IMG/VR virus record: IMGVR_UViG_2909303794_000007
Reading direction: 5' to 3' (one strand)
DNA length: 37,027 nt
Origin: a virus
Taxonomy: Duplodnaviria; Heunggongvirae; Uroviricota; Caudoviricetes
The position numbers and the translations under genes are program-made. Shown here in pieces: positions 18,388-27,346 of the stretch (the first letter of the stretch is position 1; the number at the start of each line of letters is the position of its first letter). Below the pieces are notes generated by a model that worked only from the letters and a program-made list of their open reading frames with translations, had not been told where the DNA came from and did not search any database.

Positions 18388-19725
18388 CATAAGCGCTAAC
18401 TTAAGGGTTGAACCATCTGAAGAATGCGACGCCTCGGTGCCTCGTTAAGACGATGCCTCGCGTTCTTCAATTGCGTTTTGTAGGCTGTCAGGGATACTGT
18501 CCCACGAATGGCCACCTGTAAGCTCCAGATGACCATTTTTGTTATTCTCCACAACGAGTTAGTTCTTCTTTTCGGATCCGGCACTTCTGGGGGGGAAATC
18601 CAGCGATGGCTGGATTATGTCGTCAATTAAAAATGCGGCGAGTAGATTAGCAAATATCCACGCTTTCGCGAGTTCAGGTTCCTTTGCACGCAAAGCATCC
18701 AGGTGCAGCAAACTTTTGAGCCGCTTAAAAGCCAGTTCAATTTGCCATCGCAGACGGTAACAATCAGCCACTTGCTCTGCTGAATATTCATCTTCCGGTA
18801 ATGATGTTAGCAATAGCACATGGCCCGCTGCTTCCAGCGTTTCCGCCTGAACTACTCGTCCTTTTCGACGATTCTCGCTGAGCAGTCGGGTTTTACTGAT
18901 TAATGCTTTTTCGGGAGGAAGTGATACGGCAATGAGACGTGCCGGAAAGGGAGCTCCGGCTTTTTTATTACCTGAATTGCCTATCATTACAGTGGTTTCA
19001 CCGTTCTTACCGCAATCCAGCCCGCGCAGAAAACCCATCATGTCAAAGCGCATTCCTTCTGCAGTTAACCAGCGCAATCCTCGCCAGTGAACCCGGACGA
19101 TATAATCAGCTTCTCCAAAAGCAAGTGAGCGGATACATTCGGGACGCGAACCGAATCCCCGGTCAGCAATGCGTATCTCGTCTGCCGTTTGCGCAAATCG
19201 GTCCAGCCGTTCAGCGTCTCTGCTGTCGGTTAGCTCAAAATCAGTGAACTGACAGGTATGAGGATCATATCCCATATGTAGTCGCCATTCAGCGCTGCCG
19301 CCCCCGGGCGCACTGATTGCTGTTCCATCGACAAGACGCAATCTCTTTCCGCTTGTACAACCCGTAACTGCGGCGCGTACAGCAAGTGTTTGTGCGGCAA
19401 GTATGCCAAACCAGTCGGCGGCATTCCGCAGCCGCTTCAGGAGAGCCACGTCAGATAATGTTGCAACGTCATGGAGCTGAGCCCATGCAGTGACTTCACG
19501 TAATGACATCCCCCGGGGCCGTAAGCCAGCCCCAGACGTAGCAGAGTTGCAGCATCACGAATTTCGCGGCGGCGGGTTAGAGCCCCGGCATTACGTGCCG
19601 AAGTATCCAGTTCTTCGGGCTTACCAATATGGGCCAGAATTGCTGACCAGTTATCGTGAGAGTAATTCATCGGCACGTTAAATCATATCAGGCGTAATAC
19701 CACAACCCTTAAGTTAGCGCTTATG
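18388..19725 (-). mobile_element. IS186 (1338 bp) inserted into a GC-rich hairpin between the two phage tRNA genes
   Basis: Terminal inverted repeats cataagcgctaacttaagggttg (18388-18410) and caacccttaagttagcgcttatg (19703-19725), flanked by a direct repeat GGACCCGCCCC (~11 bp) at 18377-18387 and 19726-19736. Confidence 0.9.
18559..19676 (-). pseudogene. IS186 transposase (IS4 family) with a 1-bp frameshift near 19510-19514
   Basis: N-terminal ORF MNYSHDNWSAILAHIGKPEELDTSARNAG...GLAYGPGG and C-terminal ORF MSLREVTAWAQLHDV... are in different frames; one extra base in the G/C run would join them. Confidence 0.75.
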
Positions 19726-19798
19726 GGACCCGCCCCCGCACCAACAACCCTGTTATGGTGTCGTCTGCTCTTCCTGATAAGCTAATGGCGGTATGTGA

Positions 19799-19874
19799 TG
19801 GTGGCCCTTGCTGGATTTGAACCAGCGACCTGGCGATTATGAGTCGCTCGCTCTCACCACTGAGCTAAAGGGCC
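19799..19874 (-). tRNA. ileZ: tRNA with anticodon CAU, Ile2-like (phage ileZ-like)
   Basis: Reverse complement GGCCCTTTAGCTCAGTGGTGAGAGCGAGCGACTCATAATCGCCAGGTCGCTGGTTCAAATCCAGCAAGGGCCACCA closely resembles E. coli tRNA-Ile2 (ileX/ileY). Confidence 0.85.
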
Positions 19875-19923
19875 GGGACCAGAATAATAATGGTGCGAAA
19901 TTAATTCTGCAATCTCATCCGTT

Positions 19924-20973
19924 TCAAACGATTAAATCCTGAACTTCCCTGACTGTCTGCTCAAAACGTTCAGTCTCCAGCTCAACGCCAATTGCACGAC
20001 GCCCGAGCGCCAGTGCCGCTTTTACCGTTGAACCTGAGCCCATAAAAAAATCTGCAACCAGGTCACCCGGACGACTGCTTGCGCTGATTATCTGCTGCAG
20101 CATTTCTGCCGGTTTTTCGCACGGATGTTTCCCGGGATAGAACTGCACCGGTTTATGTGTCCACACATCCGTGTACGGCACCTGCGCCGTCACACCAAAA
20201 TACCGCCGCAGATGCTTATATTCACTCTGCAGCTCCGCATACTGTCGGTTCAGAGAGGCATACGTATCCACCAGCTGGTGGTGGGGCTTTTCCAGTTCAC
20301 CCCGCTGATGCTTCTCTTCTGCCACCCGGGCAAACAGTGCCTGTAATTTCAGATAATCGCTTTCGTTCGGCAGCTGCCACTGACCGGCACTGAACCAGTG
20401 CGACACCATGTTTTTCTTTCCTGTGGCATCTGCAATCTGTTTTGCCGTTATCCCCAGGACAGCGCGCGCATCACGAAAGTAAGCAATCAGCGGGGCCATC
20501 ACATGCTGTTTCAGTGCCCTACCCTTCGCCTCATACCCGGCATCTTTCGGACGATACGGCCCCTGATAATGCTCTGCGAACAGAATGCGCTCTGTGGCGG
20601 GGAAATACGCCCGCAGGCTTTCCTTGTTGCACCCGTTCCAGCGTCCGGACGGCTTTGCCCAGATGATATGGTTCAGCACGTTAAACCGCTCACGCATCAT
20701 GATTTCGGTGTCAGATGCCAGACGATGGCCACAGAACAGGTAAAGACTTCCGGCAGGTTTCAGCACCCGCCAGAACTGCGCAAGACACTGGTCCAGCCAC
20801 TTCAGGTAATCTTCATCACCCGCCCACTGGTTATCCCAGCCCTCGGGTTTCACTTTGAAGTACGGCGGGTCCGTGACTATCAGGTCAACAGAATTTTCGG
20901 GTAACGACCGCATAAATTCCAGGCAGTCGGCGTTGATTAACTCACAACTGGATATTTTTACAGTATTAAGCAT
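19924..20973 (-). CDS. DNA methyltransferase (amino-methyltransferase, beta-class motif order: DPPY near the N-terminus, SAM-binding FxGxG near the C-terminus); no cognate endonuclease seen
   Basis: 349 aa; LIVTDPPYF (motif IV) and DLVADFFMGSGST (motif I). Confidence 0.8.
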   Translation of the reverse strand: MLNTVKISSCELINADCLEFMRSLPENSVDLIVTDPPYFKVKPEGWDNQWAGDEDYLKWLDQCLAQFWRVLKPAGSLYLFCGHRLASDTEIMMRERFNVLNHIIWAKPSGRWNGCNKESLRAYFPATERILFAEHYQGPYRPKDAGYEAKGRALKQHVMAPLIAYFRDARAVLGITAKQIADATGKKNMVSHWFSAGQWQLPNESDYLKLQALFARVAEEKHQRGELEKPHHQLVDTYASLNRQYAELQSEYKHLRRYFGVTAQVPYTDVWTHKPVQFYPGKHPCEKPAEMLQQIISASSRPGDLVADFFMGSGSTVKAALALGRRAIGVELETERFEQTVREVQDLIV

Positions 20974-21123
20974 GGATCATTAAGCCTGTCTCTGATAGGC
21001 TCATTCTGCTTTTGCGCAAAGCAGTGGGCCTGAGGTTTGCTTGTGAACCCAACGCATGAGCAGATGGCTGGTGGGTGCCCCTTACACCCACCAGCCGCCC
21101 ATTTACCACAAATAAAAAAGCCT

Positions 21124-21321
21124 TCAGGACTGAAGGCGTCTGTAACAACCAAACTGATAGTCTGCCAGACCCGCCATAACCAGCTGGGTCAGTATTAACT
21201 GGCAGCGTTCGCGTGAAAGGTAAGTATTCTGCGCAATCTCCCCGACTGTCGCCGGGTCGGTAACGCTTAATTCATTAAACACCACTCTGGCGGTTTCTGT
21301 CATATCCTGCTGTTTCAGCAT
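21124..21321 (-). CDS. Small hypothetical protein with a possible winged-helix motif (~65 aa, start MLKQQDM...)
   Basis: AAGGGA Shine-Dalgarno 8 nt upstream of the ATG at 21321; the 106-aa track ORF is probably over-extended. Confidence 0.35.
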   Translation of the reverse strand: MLKQQDMTETARVVFNELSVTDPATVGEIAQNTYLSRERCQLILTQLVMAGLADYQFGCYRRLQS

Positions 21322-21447
21322 GTCTTTTTCCCTTTTCCGGTTAACGTGACACACCAATAACTCTTGTCGAAAAAGCCAGCAACCTGAAAGAACGGTATTA
21401 ATAACCACCAGCGAATTTATTGCGCTGCTGTATATTACGGACACAAA

Positions 21448-21476
21448 AAAACCACCTTCCGGTGGCTTCCTTGTGC
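21448..21476 (-). terminator. tR'-like rho-independent terminator downstream of the Q-position gene
   Basis: Minus strand: gaagCCACCggaaGGTGGttttttt, a short GC stem plus U7, ~90 bp downstream of the 180-aa gene. Confidence 0.45.
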
Positions 21477-21562
21477 GAAAAAACTTGCATTTCGCCTCGC
21501 GATACAGCTTTGCGAAGCTTACAGGAATTCAAGCTGTTTCTGCGTAAAAAAGCAAGCTTTTT

Positions 21563-22105
21563 TTATCGAAATGAATCGTGCATAGGTACATAAAGCATGT
21601 GTTCAGCCACGGCTAACCAACCTGCAATACGTTTCTCACATGTGCTGAAACACCATTCCGGGTGAGTACGATTTAAACATTCTGCCATTTTTCTCTTACT
21701 CATTCCCCGTCCTTCGTACCTTTGCCGGAGAATATTGATTAGCCCGGGATATTCCCCAAGCACCTCACTGATAACGCGATCAATAATCAACGCCTCTGTG
21801 TCTGTACAATGTGACAACCAGCTCTTCTGCTTCCCTCTGGTCATATCCCGAAAAAATGCCTCAAGTTCCGGTTTTTCCAGCCCGGATTTCTTCATGCTGC
21901 GTAAAACCTCATTAACTGCTGTTTTCGTCAGCTTTTTCGAAACCAGTAACCGGTTAAACATATTTCCGGATTTACCCCCACCGATATACGACCACCGCCC
22001 CCACATCCGTAATTTCCCCTGGATCCAGACTGCTTCCAGCGTGTTCAGGCGTAAATGTTCGCCGCTTTTGCCTGTAATTTCCGGATATATCATATTTACG
22101 CTCAC
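21563..22105 (-). CDS. Protein occupying the late-antiterminator (Q) position; family not assigned (not lambda-Q-like; possibly DUF1133 or a Q21/Q82-type antiterminator)
   Basis: 180 aa; start overlaps the rusA stop; immediately upstream of the tR'-like terminator and the late genes. No similarity to lambda Q that I can see. Confidence 0.35.
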   Translation of the reverse strand: MSVNMIYPEITGKSGEHLRLNTLEAVWIQGKLRMWGRWSYIGGGKSGNMFNRLLVSKKLTKTAVNEVLRSMKKSGLEKPELEAFFRDMTRGKQKSWLSHCTDTEALIIDRVISEVLGEYPGLINILRQRYEGRGMSKRKMAECLNRTHPEWCFSTCEKRIAGWLAVAEHMLYVPMHDSFR

Positions 22106-22461
22106 TCACTCTCAATTTTGTAAATCTTCACACCCAGCCGTCCACCAGATACTGGCTGACCACGTACAATATTGATTTCATCAAACTGCTCATCGTCCAT
22201 TAGCACCCCCGCATGCGTCAGCGCATCCAGCGGCGCTTTCAGAATATTGTCCAGGTCACGGCGGCGCTTATCCGGTGGCTCGGCAATAATCTTTATCGCC
22301 AGCCTTCCGGACAGGTTTAATTTCAGCCGCTGCTGGCGAACAATAAGTGCCACATCCCGGCGATAACGCTCACCGGCTTTTGATACAAAATATGTGCTGC
22401 CACGACGTCGCCAGTAGGTGTTCACCGTCGGCGGGTAAGGCAAAACAAACTCTATACGCAT
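22102..22461 (-). CDS. rusA: RusA-family Holliday junction resolvase
   Basis: 119 aa; ...PPDKRRRDLDNILKAPLDALTHAGVLMDDEQ... matches the RusA catalytic region (DRRRRDLDN...DAL). Confidence 0.85.
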   Translation of the reverse strand: MRIEFVLPYPPTVNTYWRRRGSTYFVSKAGERYRRDVALIVRQQRLKLNLSGRLAIKIIAEPPDKRRRDLDNILKAPLDALTHAGVLMDDEQFDEINIVRGQPVSGGRLGVKIYKIESE

Positions 22462-22473
22462 CAGTAACCTCTT

Positions 22474-23520
22474 TTACCCGAGCACGCCGGTTGCAAAGGC
22501 GTGATCAAGAAAACGAAAAATTAAATCAACCTGGGAACCATGCTTTTCTTCGAACGCCAGCGGATCCGCATGAAGCTCGTTGTGATGCTCCCGACACAGC
22601 GGTAGCGTGAAAATATCGTGGGATTTTGTTCCCATTCCGCCCTGACCATGACCAATCAGATGATGAGGATCGTCCGCTGGCTTACCACAACACGCACACG
22701 GCTGTGTCTTTACCCAGCGTGTGTATTTCTCATTTACCCAGCGGCGACGTTTAGGTCGTTTCATGAAGGATTCCGGAGACTCCGGATCAACGGCAATGCT
22801 TACCACCGTCTTTTCCTGTGGCGGGTTTTGCTGGTGGGCGTGAGGCAGCGGCGCAAGATTTTTTGTGCGCTGTTTCAGGATGCTGGTGGCTGTCTGTTCT
22901 CCCGGTATGATGTCGCTTTCGCGGTACACCGAGCGGATTTTTTCCGCACGTAACCCCAGAGAACGACGTAATGCTGCCTCTGGTAGCGCATCCGCCACCT
23001 GATTGCAGACCGCCCACCAGGATAATTCACCCAGAGATAATTCCCGCTCCTGCGTGCCATTCATTGCATGGCGTATGACGTCAATCATCCATGCTGACAA
23101 ATTTTGGTGAGCAAGTTGCCCGAGTGATTCGGAGGTCTGGTCACGCAACTGGTTGTCGCAGTGCCAGCACAACACCATTGCGCCGGTACCATAACGGTGA
23201 ATGACAGTTTCGCTGTGGTGATAATCGCCGTGTGGCCACTGGCAGGATTTAATATGGCGCAACAGCCAGTCAGACAATGCACCAGCACCACCAGCAGCAC
23301 GAATCACTCGTTCGTCGCTGAAAAATGGCAGCAATGTTTTGTCTTCCACCAGCGGATGGCGAACGGCAGGAACGACCCCGGACGGCAGATTACGCATGCT
23401 TTTCGGTTCCGGCTCCACCAGTACCCGGGTATTGTGAAATACCTGCATGGATTCACGACCTGGCTTAAGGGCCACCAGCCCGAGTTCCGGTACCAGAACA
23501 GGTCGAAGTAATACCCGCAC
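22474..23520 (-). CDS. DUF968 (YdfU-like) prophage protein with HNH-like C-terminus
   Basis: 348 aa; C-terminal CACCGKPADDPHHLIGHGQGGMGTKSHDIFTLPLCREHHNELH; sits upstream of rusA/Q as ydfU does in Qin. Confidence 0.7.
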   Translation of the reverse strand: MRVLLRPVLVPELGLVALKPGRESMQVFHNTRVLVEPEPKSMRNLPSGVVPAVRHPLVEDKTLLPFFSDERVIRAAGGAGALSDWLLRHIKSCQWPHGDYHHSETVIHRYGTGAMVLCWHCDNQLRDQTSESLGQLAHQNLSAWMIDVIRHAMNGTQERELSLGELSWWAVCNQVADALPEAALRRSLGLRAEKIRSVYRESDIIPGEQTATSILKQRTKNLAPLPHAHQQNPPQEKTVVSIAVDPESPESFMKRPKRRRWVNEKYTRWVKTQPCACCGKPADDPHHLIGHGQGGMGTKSHDIFTLPLCREHHNELHADPLAFEEKHGSQVDLIFRFLDHAFATGVLG

Positions 23521-23521
23521 G

Positions 23522-23800
23522 TTACCTCCAGATCCGTTGCTGGAATGTGCGGGACGGACGCGGTGGGCGTTCGGAGTAAGGAAGCCTGACGGAGATTATC
23601 CAGTGACGGTAGTCGAGGCTGAGGGCTTTCTTAATCTCGTATCCGCGCCTGCGGTAACACTGAATCAGCCATTCAGCCTGTTCTTCGGTGCAGGGGTCGT
23701 GCTGATACCAGTCAGATTTGAATGCATGAGAACGCCGCCCGTGCCTGCTGGCAGGGGCGGCAGAGTTATCCGAATTGTAAAATTTGGTATCGTGCGCCAT
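23522..23800 (-). CDS. Hypothetical protein (Rem-like position between hok and DUF968); start taken at MAHDTKFY...
   Basis: ORF adjacent to the DUF968 gene; the assignment is positional only. Confidence 0.35.
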   Translation of the reverse strand: MAHDTKFYNSDNSAAPASRHGRRSHAFKSDWYQHDPCTEEQAEWLIQCYRRRGYEIKKALSLDYRHWIISVRLPYSERPPRPSRTFQQRIWR

Positions 23801-23967
23801 CTGTTTTCTCTGCTGGCGCAGCAGGTGCCAGTTGTTCAGGCTGACGGATGGATTGTAAACCAGAACGACCAGAAAAAACAAAACCCGCCGAAGCGGGTTA
23901 AGTGCGGGTGCGTTGAGGATGCCTGACACATCAGCGGTGGCGAGGGATTTCTCCCCCGCCTGGTCTC

Positions 23968-24123
23968 TTACTCCTCAGGTTCGTAAGCTGTGAAGACAGC
24001 GACCTCCGTCTGGCCGGTTCGGATTCGTACCTCGCAGAGGTCTTTCCTCGTTACCAGTGCCGTCACTATGACGGTTAAACAGATGACGATCAGGGCGATT
24101 AACATCGCCTTTTGCTGCTTCAT
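23968..24123 (-). CDS. hok: Hok/Gef-family type I toxin
   Basis: MKQQKAMLIALIVICLTVIVTALVTRKDLCEVRIRTGQTEVAVFTAYEPEE matches the Hok family (transmembrane helix, then RKxLCExR...EVAAF). Confidence 0.75.
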   Translation of the reverse strand: MKQQKAMLIALIVICLTVIVTALVTRKDLCEVRIRTGQTEVAVFTAYEPEE

Positions 24124-24194
24124 AGCCTGCTTCTCCTGTGTAAGTTCACAGAGATATTGCAATTGCCTCCGGATAAGTAAGGGGAGATTGCACT

Positions 24195-25283
24195 ATGCAA
24201 ATGCAGCATCTGATGGTTGGCTATCCTAAGTACTACCAAACGGCCGATTATGCGTTGAGGCTTTCAGTGATGGCTGATATAGCAACAATGAGAATGAAGG
24301 CTCTGCACTTCTGGGATAAACACGGTATTTCTGCAGCTTCTGAAGCCTTTGGCGTGTCCTGCCGCACGCTTTACTGGTGGCGTCAGTTACTGAACAAGGA
24401 AGGACCTGAGGGGCTAATCCCGCACAGTAAGGCACCTCTGGTGCGACGAAAAAAACACTGGCATCCCGATGTGCTGAAAGAGATTCGACGCCTCAGGACA
24501 GAGCTGCCGAACCTCGGTAAAGAGCAGATTTTTGTTCGCCTGAAGCCCTGGTGCGAACAGCGCTATCTGGCCTGTCCGAGTGTTTCCACCATCGGCAGAA
24601 TGATCGCTGCCGCACATGATAAAATGCGGATGATACCTGTGCGTCTGGGATCGCGGGGGAAGGCACTGCTTGTCAAAAAGCGGTCTGCCAAACCCCGCAG
24701 GCCAAAGCACTACCGCCCGGTAAAGACAGGTGAGCTCATTGGGATGGACGCCATTGAGCTCAGAATGGGCGAACTGCGTCGCTATGTCATCACCATGATC
24801 GACGAATGCAGCAATTACGCGCTGGCGCTGGCTGTGCCGTCACTCAACAGTGATATCGTCAATCACTTCTTCAGCCGCGCAGCCCGGTTGTTCCCGGTCG
24901 GTATCAGCCAGATAATCACAGATAACGGAAAAGAGTTCCTGGGAAACTTCGACAAAACGCTGCAGGAAGCCGCTATCAAACACCTCTGGACCTATCCCTA
25001 CACGCCAAAAATGAACGCTATCTGTGAACGTTTTAACCGGACGTTAAGAGAGCAGTTTATTGAATTTAATGAGATTTTACTCTTTGAAGATCTGGCGCTA
25101 TTTAACCAGAAGCTGGCGGAATATCTGGTGCTGTATAACAGCAAAAGACCCCACAAGGCGCTCGCACTAATGACGCCCGTGGAATATATTTTAAAAGAGA
25201 ATAAAAATTGCAATATGTGGTGGACCCATACATCTCCTTGCCTTTCGGCACGTAAGAGGCTAACCTACGTTTGTGAAGCATAG
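24195..25283 (+). CDS. DDE-type transposase/integrase (rve superfamily, N-terminal HTH; IS481-like single-ORF layout)
   Basis: 362 aa; N-terminal HTH region, central ...IITDNGKEF... and C-terminal ...YNSKRPHKAL... typical of the integrase core domain. The only plus-strand gene in a minus-strand block. IS ends not identified. Confidence 0.65.
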   Translation: MQMQHLMVGYPKYYQTADYALRLSVMADIATMRMKALHFWDKHGISAASEAFGVSCRTLYWWRQLLNKEGPEGLIPHSKAPLVRRKKHWHPDVLKEIRRLRTELPNLGKEQIFVRLKPWCEQRYLACPSVSTIGRMIAAAHDKMRMIPVRLGSRGKALLVKKRSAKPRRPKHYRPVKTGELIGMDAIELRMGELRRYVITMIDECSNYALALAVPSLNSDIVNHFFSRAARLFPVGISQIITDNGKEFLGNFDKTLQEAAIKHLWTYPYTPKMNAICERFNRTLREQFIEFNEILLFEDLALFNQKLAEYLVLYNSKRPHKALALMTPVEYILKENKNCNMWWTHTSPCLSARKRLTYVCEA

Positions 25284-25689
25284 ATTGGGCCTCAGATTAA
25301 TGTTAAGCGTCTTGCAGGACGCGTAATGTTAACTGGGGCTTTTCTCTGTCTGCCTTACGGTGGCATGCCCGAGGCAGACAGCCTCAAGCACCCGCAGCAA
25401 TTCTACTTAACTCTCGCTTTACCGCAAACCGTTTTTACCCGATATGGGAATTCCCATATCGTAATGAATTCAGTTCCCTAGTCGATCCATCAAAAACACA
25501 ACCAGGCAGTAAACGCCCACAACAGCAACAACAGCCAGCGCACCTTCCATTGCCAGTGATATATCATCCGACATATTCCCTCCTTTGGTGTTAATCCCGG
25601 CGAACGTTTTTACCCTCACCGACAAATAACATATACTAAAAAAGCGATAGCCATAGCAACGCCTGTAATTGCAAATGCTTCAGGCCAGT

Positions 25690-26559
25690 TCATTGGCGCA
25701 CCTCCTGCGGCGGTTCTGGTAGAGGCATCCAGTGTGATGGTATCCACGACGCACCAGGTATTATCCACCCATCATTAGCGTCAGGATGCCCCGGGATGTA
25801 AGTCGCCCATTTCATTCGCCAGTCACCTTTCCTGCCAAAATCCCTGGCAACAAGAACGGCTGTTTTGGTATCCGGCATTCGCTCACTACAGCTTATCCAA
25901 CTATCCGGAGTTACCGGATAGTTGCCCGATAGTGCATTCTGCTCCAGTGATGCTTTTACAAACCACGCTGCCTGAACTATAACGCCATGAATCCAGCGCA
26001 AATCAGCATCGCGATCTTTCTTTTTCATCTTTTCGCCACTTAAGGCCTTGCTTATGTGGCTGCGTGCCAGGTCTTCATGTAATTCCTTCGCCTCCTCAAT
26101 GGTGAAACCACCAGGCAGAAGAGCCGGAGTTACCGGAGAGCTGGTTGACGCTTCCGGGATTTTCCGAAAATTATTGGTTGACGAATCTTTATTTTCCCGA
26201 AAGTTTCCGGACTGAAACATGGCTTCGCGGCAATCGTTCCAGCCTGTAGCGTATGCAGCCGCTTTGCTGCTGCCTTCAACTGGCGCATCCTGCCAATACA
26301 TTTCTTCCGGCACTATCGGCGCTGGAGGGGCGGCAAATAGATATCCGCCAAAGTCAGGAAGCTCTCTAATGGCCTGTACAAATTTTTGTTTGCCTACGTC
26401 AACCCCTAATGGGTAATGAGCTATAATCTTTGCCACCGGCTCTGCTTCCAGCGATGCCAGCGCAATCCGTGCCAGTTCCATTTGTTCACCACGGGTAAGC
26501 CCGTTTTCAAGCGGATTTTTAATGAACAATTCAATACGTTCTTTGGTAATAGTGGTCAT
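25690..26559 (-). CDS. Phage protein with C-terminal DUF551 domain
   Basis: 289 aa; C-terminal ...GWIIPGASWIPSHWMPLPEPP typical of DUF551. Confidence 0.6.
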   Translation of the reverse strand: MTTITKERIELFIKNPLENGLTRGEQMELARIALASLEAEPVAKIIAHYPLGVDVGKQKFVQAIRELPDFGGYLFAAPPAPIVPEEMYWQDAPVEGSSKAAAYATGWNDCREAMFQSGNFRENKDSSTNNFRKIPEASTSSPVTPALLPGGFTIEEAKELHEDLARSHISKALSGEKMKKKDRDADLRWIHGVIVQAAWFVKASLEQNALSGNYPVTPDSWISCSERMPDTKTAVLVARDFGRKGDWRMKWATYIPGHPDANDGWIIPGASWIPSHWMPLPEPPQEVRQ

Positions 26560-26569
26560 GTGTTACTCC

Positions 26570-26833
26570 TTAACCCGCAGTGCTTTCAACTGATGAGGGG
26601 AACAAAATCTTTTCATCAAACCCTGCATTCATATCATGAACAGCAACACACCAATCCATCGACGAACGATTATCAAGAGCCTCCATGATTTCATCCATGC
26701 GGCGTAGGTCATACAGGTAAATGCTTTTATCACCAATGGTGTAAAAGCCAATTTTTTTCGGTGATGGACAGCGATCAAGAACTTCCTGTAATTCGTTCAA
26801 CCATGCCCGTTCTTTTTTTGTCAAAGTTGCCAT
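26570..26833 (-). CDS. Hypothetical phage protein (start taken at MATLTKKERAWLNELQEVL...)
   Basis: ORF in the minus-strand early operon. Confidence 0.35.
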   Translation of the reverse strand: MATLTKKERAWLNELQEVLDRCPSPKKIGFYTIGDKSIYLYDLRRMDEIMEALDNRSSMDWCVAVHDMNAGFDEKILFPSSVESTAG

Positions 26834-27083
26834 ATCAGTTTTCCTTATACGGATTAATTTTATTGTGCAGTGTGTTGAATGACGCCCATACCACGTCGTT
26901 ATACAATTCAATAACTGGCTCAATTATTTTTCCGATTATCCAGACTAGGATTAACGGGGATATCGGTATCATCAACACGATAAACAGAATGAGAAACAGA
27001 AATTCTGTTGTTCTACTCTTTCGCGGATATTTTTCTAAATAATGTGACCATTCATTACCGCCCTTTCGGGCGGCCTCCTGACA

Positions 27084-27296
27084 TTAATCGTTGTGATAAC
27101 TCATAGCTTCATTTGCAGCATCAACTGGATCAACCTCCCTCCAGCAATAATTTGGGTCGACTCCTTCAGGCGTCCACGGTTCTAATTCATTTTTTGCCGC
27201 ATTCTCATCGCCAGTAATTTTAAAAATCTGCTCAGAGAATTTTCTTGCCCACTCGTTATATTTTTCCGCATTAATGGCTTTCTGTGTATTTAACAT
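27084..27296 (-). CDS. Hypothetical phage protein (70 aa)
   Basis: ORF in the operon; acidic small protein. Confidence 0.35.
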   Translation of the reverse strand: MLNTQKAINAEKYNEWARKFSEQIFKITGDENAAKNELEPWTPEGVDPNYCWREVDPVDAANEAMSYHND

Positions 27297-27346
27297 AAAT
27301 ACACCTCCAGTTAAGGATTAGATTTTATTTACAGCGCTAAATTTAT

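Noticed and set aside
19726-19798. Possible third tRNA between tRNA(CAU) and tRNA-Arg (Stx phages usually have ileZ-argN-argO)
   Set aside because: The segment can pair as a 7-bp acceptor-like stem (ccgccat / atggcgg-t-cca), but I could not build D, anticodon and T arms: the would-be T-loop is 6 nt (cgggg-gcgggt-ccccg) and there is no anticodon stem. More likely a GC hairpin that served as the IS186 target.
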